The translations under genes and the position numbers were made by a program. 64,000 bases of DNA from Spirochaetia bacterium (GTDB lineage: Bacteria; Spirochaetota; Spirochaetia; SP-2023), in NCBI GenBank assembly GCA_965263295.1, contig OZ253665.1, positions 1,024,001-1,088,000 on the forward strand, given 5' to 3'. Shown one piece after another: positions 40,935 to 49,661 of this stretch. The notes beneath the pieces are model-generated. The model made no database searches, was not told the DNA's origin, and worked only from the letters and a program-made list of their open reading frames with translations. Position 1 is the first letter of the stretch. Each line of letters begins with the position of its first letter.

Positions 40935-41706
40935 GTGCGATGACCTCCTTTGCCAAGGCCTTGTAACTCCTGGCACCGACACAGTCGGGAGAATACAGGG
41001 AAATGGGCAAGGCGTGCGACGGAGCCTCCGAGAGCCGTACATTGCGCGGAATGATGGTATTAAAAATATAATCTGGGTGGCTGACAAATGTATTGCGCAC
41101 CGAATTAATCACGGCATTGGCAAATTTCGTTCGGCTGTCGTACATCGTGAAGACGATGCCGCCAATTTGCAAGCCGGGATTAACGCCCTGCTGAATCTTG
41201 TAAATAGTGTTAAAAATCATGCCCAAAAGACCTTCAAGGGCCAAAAACTCGCACTGTAAAGGGATCAATACCCGATCCGCCGCGGCAAAGCCATTCAAGG
41301 TCAAAACGCCTAAAGAAGGCGGACAGTCGATCAGAATATAATCAAAGGAATCCTCAATTGGCAGCAAAGCCGTTTTGAGATACTTAGACCAGCCTTCCAC
41401 CTTGGCCAGCTCCACCGTGGCGCCAGATAAATGCAGATTGGCTGGAGCCAGAAACAGGTTTTTAAGGCCGAGCTCTCTGAGCTCAACGATGATCTCCTGG
41501 ATGCCGCATTCACCCAGGAGAACTTCGTACATGCCAACACTTTCCATATCATGCTGACCAAAGTGACTGGAAAGGTTTCCCTGAGGGTCAAAATCAACCA
41601 TCAATACGCGATACCCCTCTAGAGTCAAATATGTCGCGAGGTTTGCGGTTGTCGTGGTTTTACCCACACCACCTTTCTGGTTTGCGACAACATATGTTCG
41701 GGCCAT
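40927..41706 (-). CDS. parA: Chromosome partitioning ATPase ParA/Soj
   Basis: NQKGGVGKTTT, DPQGN, IDCPPSLG and IPRNVRLSEAPS motifs. Confidence 0.95.
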   Translation of the reverse strand: MARTYVVANQKGGVGKTTTTANLATYLTLEGYRVLMVDFDPQGNLSSHFGQHDMESVGMYEVLLGECGIQEIIVELRELGLKNLFLAPANLHLSGATVELAKVEGWSKYLKTALLPIEDSFDYILIDCPPSLGVLTLNGFAAADRVLIPLQCEFLALEGLLGMIFNTIYKIQQGVNPGLQIGGIVFTMYDSRTKFANAVINSVRNTFVSHPDYIFNTIIPRNVRLSEAPSHALPISLYSPDCVGARSYKALAKEVIARG

Positions 41707-41906
41707 GCCGGTATTGTAGTCAAGTTTCTGGCGATTGCCTAGCGGCAATGCGTTCTACTCTTTCCACTCCTGGCTGGCGATACTTGCCTCAAAAAATATT
41801 GACGGAATTCATCTTCTTTATTAAATTAACATTCATTTTTTATATTTTAGCCAAGCATTTAATCTGAAAGAGACCAACTATTCAATTCTAAAAAGGAGCA
41901 TAAAAT

Positions 41907-42035
41907 ATGCAAAAGAAATTCCCTATGTTTGGAAAACCTACATTCTTTAGAAATGGAAAACGGGGAGAATGTTCATCTTTGAAAGAAACCGGCACCTGTA
42001 CTAATCCTGAATGTGGTGCACGTCTTATTAATTAG
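41907..42035 (+). CDS. Small 42-aa Cys-containing ORF (below ORF-track cutoff)
   Basis: AAGGAG RBS then ATG: MQKKFPMFGKPTFFRNGKRGECSSLKETGTCTNPECGARLIN*. Confidence 0.45.
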   Translation: MQKKFPMFGKPTFFRNGKRGECSSLKETGTCTNPECGARLIN

Positions 42036-42136
42036 GTCTAGACAAGCTTGGTGTCAATCTCCCCACCTTGGGACTGGCCATTTTGGCCGCACGACACTGA
42101 CGACGTTGCGTATCGTTTCGATGCAGAGCCACGAGC

Positions 42137-43297
42137 TCATTGGAAACTCGTGCGCCATTCTAGGCCGGCGACAAAGGCAAACTGATTTTGCAGGAAAAAG
42201 ACCTGTTCATCTCGGTAATACTCGCTGATGCTAGCGCGGTAAGACAAACCAAAACGCAGCACGCCAAAACTTTGCCACAGAATAACTTCAATATTCCCTG
42301 TCTGCAGAATGTTGGGGGCATTGTCTTCTGTGTTTAAAAACAGTGAAGCGTTCAAATCTATCTGCAGTCCCGCCAGGGCCTCTATGCCCCCAAAGTGATA
42401 AAAGGGCCGATCACTCAGGCTCATGCCCAGCACCATGATCAAATGGGTCGTATAACCCTGCGGCGACAAAGCAAAAACGTCATAAAGCCCCGCCCCAATA
42501 TCTATGGCAAGACTCAAGAAACTGCGATTGAATAAGCCCTGAAGCAGCTTGTTGCGAAAGCGCAGGCTGCCACCATACGCGACGCTGTACAACGAGTGCT
42601 GAACCTTGCTGCCGGCACTATGCTCAAACGGCAAGTCCCAGTGTAAGCCATAATAAAAAATATTTAGGCCCAAGCTCGGACTAAAGTAGAGGTTCATCTT
42701 GCCCTGCAAAAAAGGGTTGAGGACCGTCATACCGCCTAGCGTGGATCCCTGGTGCAGCCCCATACCCACAGCAATGGCGAGCAAAGGATCTTGTTTGGCA
42801 CTTGTCACCAAGCGCTCACGCAGACTTACGCGCTGCCTTTGATCTCTATAATCCCCCGTAAGTTGCTCCTCGTCCCGAAAGCCGGCAGAAGCTTCCGACA
42901 TACGATGCTGTTCGGCCTGCAAGAACTCGCGTATGCTCGCTTCATAATCGCGAAATAAAGCTTGTTGCGGATATTGGTGTTGTGCTTCAAGGCACAGAGC
43001 CAAGGCACGGTGGAATTCCTGGTGCAACATTCGGTTGCGGATTTCGCGGCTCCACTCTGCTTCCGAATGCCCGTCCGCAAGCGAAAAACTGCGGGATGGC
43101 CCACCATTCTGCCCTGCCTGGCTTGCCGTGTCCGCTTTGCGCACGGGAACAGAATCGGGCCTCAAGCCTTGAGAACAAAGATTGAGCGCTCCGAATATCG
43201 GCTTGCCTGAGCCGGCAAAAAGCATATTTAGCAGCAGGTAGGCCAATAAAGCCAAGCGGGCACTTAAAAACCCGTGTTCTCGGCACACGTCCTTCAT
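42137..43297 (-). CDS. Hypothetical envelope protein (TPR-like segment plus possible C-terminal beta-barrel)
   Basis: N-terminal hydrophobic segment, helical ALALCLEAQHQYP motif, and alternating amphipathic strands in the C-terminal half. Confidence 0.55.
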   Translation of the reverse strand: MKDVCREHGFLSARLALLAYLLLNMLFAGSGKPIFGALNLCSQGLRPDSVPVRKADTASQAGQNGGPSRSFSLADGHSEAEWSREIRNRMLHQEFHRALALCLEAQHQYPQQALFRDYEASIREFLQAEQHRMSEASAGFRDEEQLTGDYRDQRQRVSLRERLVTSAKQDPLLAIAVGMGLHQGSTLGGMTVLNPFLQGKMNLYFSPSLGLNIFYYGLHWDLPFEHSAGSKVQHSLYSVAYGGSLRFRNKLLQGLFNRSFLSLAIDIGAGLYDVFALSPQGYTTHLIMVLGMSLSDRPFYHFGGIEALAGLQIDLNASLFLNTEDNAPNILQTGNIEVILWQSFGVLRFGLSYRASISEYYRDEQVFFLQNQFAFVAGLEWRTSFQ

Positions 43298-44142
43298 CGT
43301 CGCAACAGCTCTTGCAGGCCGCCGCTGTGCGGAAACTGCCCGCGACAGTGGCGCCAGAATTCCCTGCGGGCAACCCGTTGCCGCAGCTCACTTGCCGGCT
43401 CACAGGCAGCCAATAGTTGCAAAAACTGGCTGCGCGGCCGCAGTTGGGCGCCAAAGCGCCGCAAGTGAGGCGTCTCCTGCTGACAGTCGATCAAAGCAAA
43501 CCCCCTATCTTGCAAAAATAGGGCCCAAACGGCAAAAGCCACCTTTGAAGCATCCGCCTGGCGGCTAAACATGGACTCCCCATAAAAACAGCGGCCCAGG
43601 CCAACTCCATAAAGTCCCCCGACCAGGTCTCGGCTACCATCTGGCTGCAGCTGCCAAGATTCCACCGAGTGGGCATAGCCGCGCATATGCAAATTGATAT
43701 AAGCATACTGCATTTCAGGCGTAATCCAAGTCGCCGCCGGTCCGTCTTGCCGCGCCTGAGCGCTGCGCCGGGTTTCGGCGCAAGCGACAATTACGTCCGC
43801 AAAAGCCTGGTCCAACGTCACCTGCAATTGCCCTTCCGCAGCGCGGGGCGCAGCTCCGTCTGCAGGTCGCCAAATGCTGCGTCGCATAACCTTGATTAGC
43901 GACTTGGGTAAATGCAAGTTCTGGGGAATCAGCACAAAACGTTGGCGCGGGCACCACCAGCAGATATCCTCCCCGGCGTTATACCAGGGGAAAAGGCCTT
44001 GCCGGTAGGCAGAAAGCAGCAGTCCTGGGGATAGATTGCCTCCCACGGCAATGACATCGCCACAGCGCTCCTCGACCTGAAAGTCCAGGTATTGCCCTTC
44101 TTCCAGTTTGGGGATTTGACTCAAGTCCCAAATACGCCCCAT
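43294..44142 (-). CDS. aat: Leucyl/phenylalanyl-tRNA--protein transferase
   Basis: AYRQGLFPW, TWIT, AHSVE, GGLYGV, GESMFS, ASKVA and IDCQQETPHL motifs. Confidence 0.95.
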   Translation of the reverse strand: MGRIWDLSQIPKLEEGQYLDFQVEERCGDVIAVGGNLSPGLLLSAYRQGLFPWYNAGEDICWWCPRQRFVLIPQNLHLPKSLIKVMRRSIWRPADGAAPRAAEGQLQVTLDQAFADVIVACAETRRSAQARQDGPAATWITPEMQYAYINLHMRGYAHSVESWQLQPDGSRDLVGGLYGVGLGRCFYGESMFSRQADASKVAFAVWALFLQDRGFALIDCQQETPHLRRFGAQLRPRSQFLQLLAACEPASELRQRVARREFWRHCRGQFPHSGGLQELLRR

Positions 44143-44252
44143 ATCTCAAAATCTCATCTCAAAATCCCATATCAATCCCATGCCAGGCCGAAGTTGCTCA
44201 GGCCAAACACCCTTTACAGATGGCTTGGATATCCGCATTTGATTCTAGTGTC

Positions 44253-45467
44253 CTATTCAATCTTGATCTGCAATCTTGATCTGCAAGTTTCTCCCGCCGC
44301 TATTTGCCGCCAATAATCCTGGCATTGTGTCAAGCGGCATATTTCCTGGTGCAGATTTAGCTGAGAATTGTGTGGCGGCGCAGCCGCCAAGCTCTTTTGA
44401 GCTCCGGCCAGGCAAATTTCCAGCTTCCACAACAGCTCAGCTATGGCACTGCGGCGTTGCTCGGCACTCAACAATGACGCGGCCACAGGCGAGCACAGCA
44501 GCTCCTGTAGAGCCTCAAGTCGAAAAGGCTCTATGCACTTATATTTGTGCGATAGTTGCGGGAAATTGCAAGTTGCTCCAGCCGCGCCCACGTTCGCAAT
44601 ATTATCGCGCTTAACGACCAGGTAATCGGGACTGTAAGCCACCGCATGAAGAGCCATGAGGCGCAAAAAATACTCGTAGTCCTCGGCAATCTGGATGTGC
44701 TCGGCAAAATACCCCACTTCGGAACAGACGCTGCGCTGCATGAGCAGCGTCGATGGCCCCAAGATACATTTGCGCAAGGCATGCGGCCAAAGCTCGCGCG
44801 GACTGCCCTCGCGCAGATGACGCTGTTTTTTTTGCGACACAATTTTTACATAACGGGCATCCAAGCCGGCCGGCAGCAAGATTTCACGCAGCAAGCGTGC
44901 CAGGTCGAGCGGCCTGAGCGATCTGAGAGAAGCCGAAGAGCTTCCCAATAAAGACTTGAGGCGTTGTATCAACAAACTTTCCACAGATGAGAGCCCGGCA
45001 GTGCTGTTTTTGCCGGAAATCCCGTGAGTGCAAACGCTAAAACGAAGCCACAACTCGCGGCAGTGTAATATCTTGGCTCCAGTTTCGGCAACTCGCCGCC
45101 ACTGTAGTTCCAGCTTGTGTGGCAACCAGACGTCATCACTGTCTAGGAACGCCAGCCACGTTTGACTCGCCGTGCGCATACCGACATTGCGCACAGCCCC
45201 GGGCATGGCAGAATTCCTCGACAAGGTTTTTAAACGCAGCGAGACAGCGGCCTGCGGTTCCGAGGCAAAGCGCGCCCGCAATTCGCGACAGAGCCGTTCT
45301 AAATATTGATACTCCGGGCCAGAACCGTCGTCTATCACTAGAATTTCGCGCGGCAGTACCGTCTGCCGGTAGACCGACAAGACAGCTTGAGCGGTCAGCC
45401 GCGCCCGGCGGTAGGTCGGTATAATGACGCTGATTGGCAACAATTCTACACTGTCAGTTGAAACCAC
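44253..45467 (-). CDS. Glycosyltransferase family 2
   Basis: SVIIPTYRR, VIDDGS, FLDSDD and EDYE motifs. Confidence 0.9.
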   Translation of the reverse strand: MVSTDSVELLPISVIIPTYRRARLTAQAVLSVYRQTVLPREILVIDDGSGPEYQYLERLCRELRARFASEPQAAVSLRLKTLSRNSAMPGAVRNVGMRTASQTWLAFLDSDDVWLPHKLELQWRRVAETGAKILHCRELWLRFSVCTHGISGKNSTAGLSSVESLLIQRLKSLLGSSSASLRSLRPLDLARLLREILLPAGLDARYVKIVSQKKQRHLREGSPRELWPHALRKCILGPSTLLMQRSVCSEVGYFAEHIQIAEDYEYFLRLMALHAVAYSPDYLVVKRDNIANVGAAGATCNFPQLSHKYKCIEPFRLEALQELLCSPVAASLLSAEQRRSAIAELLWKLEICLAGAQKSLAAAPPHNSQLNLHQEICRLTQCQDYWRQIAAGETCRSRLQIKIE

Positions 45468-46069
45468 TGCTGGAAGAACTCCGCGACTCCGTTTAAAATC
45501 ATGTTGATGGCAATGGCCACCAGAACCATGCCCATCAAGCGCTCAATTGCGATTAAACCCCGCTTGCCCAGAACCCGGGCGAAGTAAGTCGAGCTGGCCA
45601 ATATCAAGCTGGTTACGGTCCAGGAAAGCAGCAAGGCCAAGAGCCAGTCCAGCCAACGTTGCGGATTTCGATTCATGATCAATACCAAGGTGGCCAAGGC
45701 CGAAGGCCCCGCCACTAGAGGGATGGCCAAAGGCACAATCAAGGGCTCAGAAAAGGCTGCGGCTTCGCCCACTTCCTCCAGAGTACCATCGCCAGCCATG
45801 TACGGGAAGACCATTTTAATACCGATCAGAAACAGCACCATGCCGCCGGCAGCGAGCAGCGCAGAAGTATTAATCTGCAAGACATCGAGAATATAACGCC
45901 CCAAGAACAAGAATATCAATAATACGAACAGGGCAATCAGCATCTCACGAATAATGACTTTCTGCTTGCGCCCTTCGGGTAAGTCTTTAACTACGACTAA
46001 AAAGACGGGAATATTGCCAAAGGGGTCCATGACCACAAACAGCAATGTAGCTGCGGATAACACCGTCAT
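45446..46069 (-). CDS. MarC family membrane protein
   Basis: LFVVMDPFGNIPVF, VPLAIPLVAGP and ERLMGMVL motifs; ATG overlaps the ligA stop (ATGA). Confidence 0.92.
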   Translation of the reverse strand: MTVLSAATLLFVVMDPFGNIPVFLVVVKDLPEGRKQKVIIREMLIALFVLLIFLFLGRYILDVLQINTSALLAAGGMVLFLIGIKMVFPYMAGDGTLEEVGEAAAFSEPLIVPLAIPLVAGPSALATLVLIMNRNPQRWLDWLLALLLSWTVTSLILASSTYFARVLGKRGLIAIERLMGMVLVAIAINMILNGVAEFFQQWFQLTV

Positions 46070-48648
46070 TGTTTTACTCCTTGCTCCTTTGCGGATTCTT
46101 GCAATGCTGCCGGCCCCAGACCTTGTAAAAATTCCTCGTAGGAATACACGCCAATACCCCATTCCGCGGCCTTTTTCAACTTGGCACTGCCCGCCTTGGG
46201 ATCGGCGCACAACAAGATATCCGTGCTTGTGGTCAACGTAGAACTTATGCCATAGCCCCCAGCCCGCAACCTCTCTTCCAGCTGCTTGCGCGGCAGAGGG
46301 CCACTACCCGTCATGCAAACCGTCCGTTTCGCTCCGCCGGCGATGCCCGTCTGTATATCCTGAAGCTGTAACACCGGCAAGAGCTCCTGGAGCAACAACT
46401 GGTTTTCTTTGTGTGCCAACCATTGGCTCAAATTCTCCAACACGCTGTATCGGCTAGCCGGCTCTTTAAAGTCGACAAAATCCTCAATGCGGCGCAATTC
46501 CAAATAATCCGGCTGCCCTCGCAACAGCTCCGCCTCCCAAAGGCTAAAGCCATTTTTCCACAATTCATTGCGCCCCGTCCGGCTGCCCCACAGGCGCAGC
46601 AGCCGGGGCAATGCCTCAGTTGGCGTGACTTTTTTGCCAGTTTGCAGCAATAAATACTCAAAAATCTTCGTCGCTAAATCGCCGGCCATTGTCGACTGCC
46701 AAGCAGACCAATCATACAAAACAATTGGCAGATTTTCCGCCATCGCCCGGCAAAGCCGTTTTTGAAGATCGGCGTTATTATCGTTATCACTGCCAACGCC
46801 AGAGGCATGCGCTTCACTCTGCCCCTGCTGCCACATTGCCGCTGTCTGCTGCAAAAAATTTTCCCAGCGCGACTTACGCCGCAGCTCGCCCAGTTTTTTT
46901 AAACTTTTCTCCTGTATCAGAGGAATGCCTAGCCGCTCAATCAGTTGATGCAAGTTCAGCCGCCGTGACGCTTCCCGTTCGCGGACAAACTTGGCTATTT
47001 TTTTCTCGGCATAACCCGGTATATCGTGCAGGTCTTCTGCGCACAGTCGGTACAAGTCCTGCAAGCTGCGCAGCTTGCCCAGCTCATACAAGCGGCGGAT
47101 GCTCTGCTCTGCCACCTGTTCCATGCCGGCCTGCCTCACCCAAAACAAAATGCGCTGTATCACCTGCTCTGGGCAGCTGCGCTGCGGGCACAACAAGTCG
47201 GGGCCACTCTCTAGCAGCGGGCCCCCACAAGACGGACACCGCGCCGGCAGCAACGAAGCGCCAAACTGGCCGCGCAATTGCCCAGCCAGCTCACTGGCTG
47301 CGGCAAGGCTCAGGCTGCCAGAATTTGGGGCGCTCTCCGCGGCATTTCCGTCTCTGCCCGGCCTCTGGCGACAGCTAAGGTGATTCAGACTGTTGCCCGC
47401 GGCCGCGAGCAGTTGCTTCGGGCTTCCCAGGTTGCGCCGCACGTAGGGAATGACGTCACCAGCCCGCTCAATTTCCAAAACATCACCGCGCTGTAACTTG
47501 AGGCGCAAGACATTGGCATAATTGTGCAGGGCCGCCCGCTCAATCACCGCAGAAGCCAAAGTCAACGGCAAGAATTCGGCCACGGGACTCAGGCGTCCCT
47601 GCCGCCCCAACTGCCAACGCACCTCGCGCAGCAAAGTCGTACCGCTCGCAGCAGGCGGCTTGAGCGCAATGGTGTAATGGTGGTGATGGCTGACCACCCA
47701 CAAATCATCAATGACGGCAAATAAATCACTGTCATCCAGGCACATAATCAGGCCATCCGTCTCGTAGGGCCAAGCCTGACGCAACTCATTTAAATAGAGC
47801 TGGGCATATTCAGCCAGATCGCCAATAAGGCACAGCTTGGGTTCGACAGTATGGAAGCCCAATCGGGCCAGAGCCCCAATCTGGTGAAATTCGCTGCTCT
47901 CCAGACGCTGCCGTGGACATTGGTAAGCGATAAAACGCAGCTGGCGCAGCGCCACCCGATCGTGCTCCTTGCGATTAATCAGCCCGGCACAGATATTGCG
48001 CAGCGGCCGTTCATTGCCACGCACGGTTGCAATATCTTTGGGCACATACAGTTCCCCGCGCACTTCCAGGTCGAGCGACTGAGCCAGAACCTGCGGGATA
48101 TCCTCGACAAAGGGCGCCAAATGGCTGATATTCTGGCCCTGGCGGCCGTCACCCCGAGTGGCGACATAACGCAACTTACCCGCACGATAGACGCACGAGG
48201 CCGAAATACCGTCGATTTTCGGCTGAATGCATAGCGGCGTGTCGCGGCGAAGCTGTGTGCTGTTATCCAGCAGACGCTGGAACCAAGCCTCCACGCCGAC
48301 CACCTTCTTGACCTTGTCCATCGACAACATGGGGACTTCATGCCGTATTTTGTCCGCCCCATCCGGCGCTGCCGGAGCGGCGCGGCCAACCACATTAAAG
48401 TAGGGATGCTGCGGCTGCCATTCGCGCAACTCGTCTTCGAGGCGATCAAACTCGGCATCGCTGAGCAAGGGCTGGGCGCCATTGTAGTAGGCTTCCTTGG
48501 CCTGCTGCAAAAGTTCCACACGTCGCGCAATCCGCTGCAGCAGATCGCCAGACGCAGTGGCCGAGGCTTGAGCTACCTGTGCGGCTTGGCCGGCTGCACG
48601 CGACATGACGTTATACGCTCCCATCAGTCCCGCACCGGCACATTCCAC
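46066..48648 (-). CDS. ligA: NAD-dependent DNA ligase (with large insertions); start uncertain (48648/48624/48606)
   Basis: AYY..SDAEFD, KIDG adenylation motif, TRGDG, EVRGE, RAGDVIP, C4 zinc finger and C-terminal BRCT. Confidence 0.93.
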   Translation of the reverse strand: MECAGAGLMGAYNVMSRAAGQAAQVAQASATASGDLLQRIARRVELLQQAKEAYYNGAQPLLSDAEFDRLEDELREWQPQHPYFNVVGRAAPAAPDGADKIRHEVPMLSMDKVKKVVGVEAWFQRLLDNSTQLRRDTPLCIQPKIDGISASCVYRAGKLRYVATRGDGRQGQNISHLAPFVEDIPQVLAQSLDLEVRGELYVPKDIATVRGNERPLRNICAGLINRKEHDRVALRQLRFIAYQCPRQRLESSEFHQIGALARLGFHTVEPKLCLIGDLAEYAQLYLNELRQAWPYETDGLIMCLDDSDLFAVIDDLWVVSHHHHYTIALKPPAASGTTLLREVRWQLGRQGRLSPVAEFLPLTLASAVIERAALHNYANVLRLKLQRGDVLEIERAGDVIPYVRRNLGSPKQLLAAAGNSLNHLSCRQRPGRDGNAAESAPNSGSLSLAAASELAGQLRGQFGASLLPARCPSCGGPLLESGPDLLCPQRSCPEQVIQRILFWVRQAGMEQVAEQSIRRLYELGKLRSLQDLYRLCAEDLHDIPGYAEKKIAKFVREREASRRLNLHQLIERLGIPLIQEKSLKKLGELRRKSRWENFLQQTAAMWQQGQSEAHASGVGSDNDNNADLQKRLCRAMAENLPIVLYDWSAWQSTMAGDLATKIFEYLLLQTGKKVTPTEALPRLLRLWGSRTGRNELWKNGFSLWEAELLRGQPDYLELRRIEDFVDFKEPASRYSVLENLSQWLAHKENQLLLQELLPVLQLQDIQTGIAGGAKRTVCMTGSGPLPRKQLEERLRAGGYGISSTLTTSTDILLCADPKAGSAKLKKAAEWGIGVYSYEEFLQGLGPAALQESAKEQGVKQ

Positions 48649-49628
48649 TGCCGCATCTTATCCGCAATAAACTCGACAAGCTGGCGCTGAGTTTCCTTGC
48701 CGCGACCCTCTACCTTCAAGGGAGGGCCGAAGGCAAAGCGCACGGGATGTTCGGGCTGCAGCAGCGGAATATACTGCAGCGCCCTAGATCTTGACGAACT
48801 CCAAAAATTAGTGCTCAAGGCCACCGGCACGACACTTACCCCGGCCTCTGCCGCCAAACGTACCGCAATTGAATTAAAACGGCTGCGCGTAAAACAGGCG
48901 TTCTCACGCGTGCCCTGGGGAAAAATAATAATGGAACGGCCTTGGCCTTCGTCGTTGGCCCCGCGCAGGATGGCGCAACCCTCGTTTAAAATCTGCTTCA
49001 AATCGTCTAAAGGGTTTCTGCGCTCCAAAGCGATAAACGGCCGTGAACAAATCAGCGGCGCAAAATAGCCCCGCGCCAGAGCGGACTTCACGACAAAGGT
49101 TGTGGGCATGTATGGCGTAATATAACCACAAAGAGTCTGAGTCTCAAGAGTACTCATATGATTGGCGGCAAATACCACCGGAGGTACCGTCGAAGATACT
49201 TCCGAAGATACTTCCGAAGATACTTCCGAAGATACCGACGGGGCCTGTTCTTGCGTCAACCAGGGCTGCAAGCTTTCCAGGCCTTCAATCTCAAACTGAG
49301 CGCCATAGCTCTCAAACAGGCGATTCAGCTCCAAGGCACTGCGGGCCCATAAATAGTCGGTATACAAGCCACGCAAGGCCAGGCCCCGGTCGCGACGCAC
49401 CACCTTCATATAGTTGGCAAACATCGACAGACCTACCCAGCTCGCCCTAAGGCTTCCCGTCGGTTTTCTGCCGCGCTGCCAGTCCACTCGCTGCACAATG
49501 CCGCTGGGGCTCCGGTAAAAACCACTACGCAAGTCAAGCAAAGGTTGGAACTCTTCCAGGCATAACAGTTGCCGCATGCTCGCGCGCGAGCATGCGGCCG
49601 CATTTACGGGTGGATAGGTGGCCTTCAT
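48624..49628 (-). CDS. plsC: 1-acyl-sn-glycerol-3-phosphate acyltransferase family
   Basis: NHMSTLE (HX4E variant), FPQGTR and VVPVAL motifs. Confidence 0.8.
   Translation of the reverse strand: MKATYPPVNAAACSRASMRQLLCLEEFQPLLDLRSGFYRSPSGIVQRVDWQRGRKPTGSLRASWVGLSMFANYMKVVRRDRGLALRGLYTDYLWARSALELNRLFESYGAQFEIEGLESLQPWLTQEQAPSVSSEVSSEVSSEVSSTVPPVVFAANHMSTLETQTLCGYITPYMPTTFVVKSALARGYFAPLICSRPFIALERRNPLDDLKQILNEGCAILRGANDEGQGRSIIIFPQGTRENACFTRSRFNSIAVRLAAEAGVSVVPVALSTNFWSSSRSRALQYIPLLQPEHPVRFAFGPPLKVEGRGKETQRQLVEFIADKMRQWNVPVRD
49191..49235. repeat. 12-bp in-frame tandem repeat (CGAAGATACTTC, about 3.7 copies) encoding VSSE repeats in plsC
   Basis: Read directly from the sequence. Confidence 0.9.
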
Positions 49629-49661
49629 GGGATTTATACTACAGAGAAGGGCCGTAATAGT

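Noticed and set aside
39615..42130. parS site or replication origin near parAB
   Set aside because: I did not find a TGTTTCACGTGAAACA-like palindrome or a DnaA-box cluster by eye, and dnaA is not in the window.
46066..48648. Intein in ligA
   Set aside because: The insertions lack C/S...HN splice junctions and LAGLIDADG motifs.
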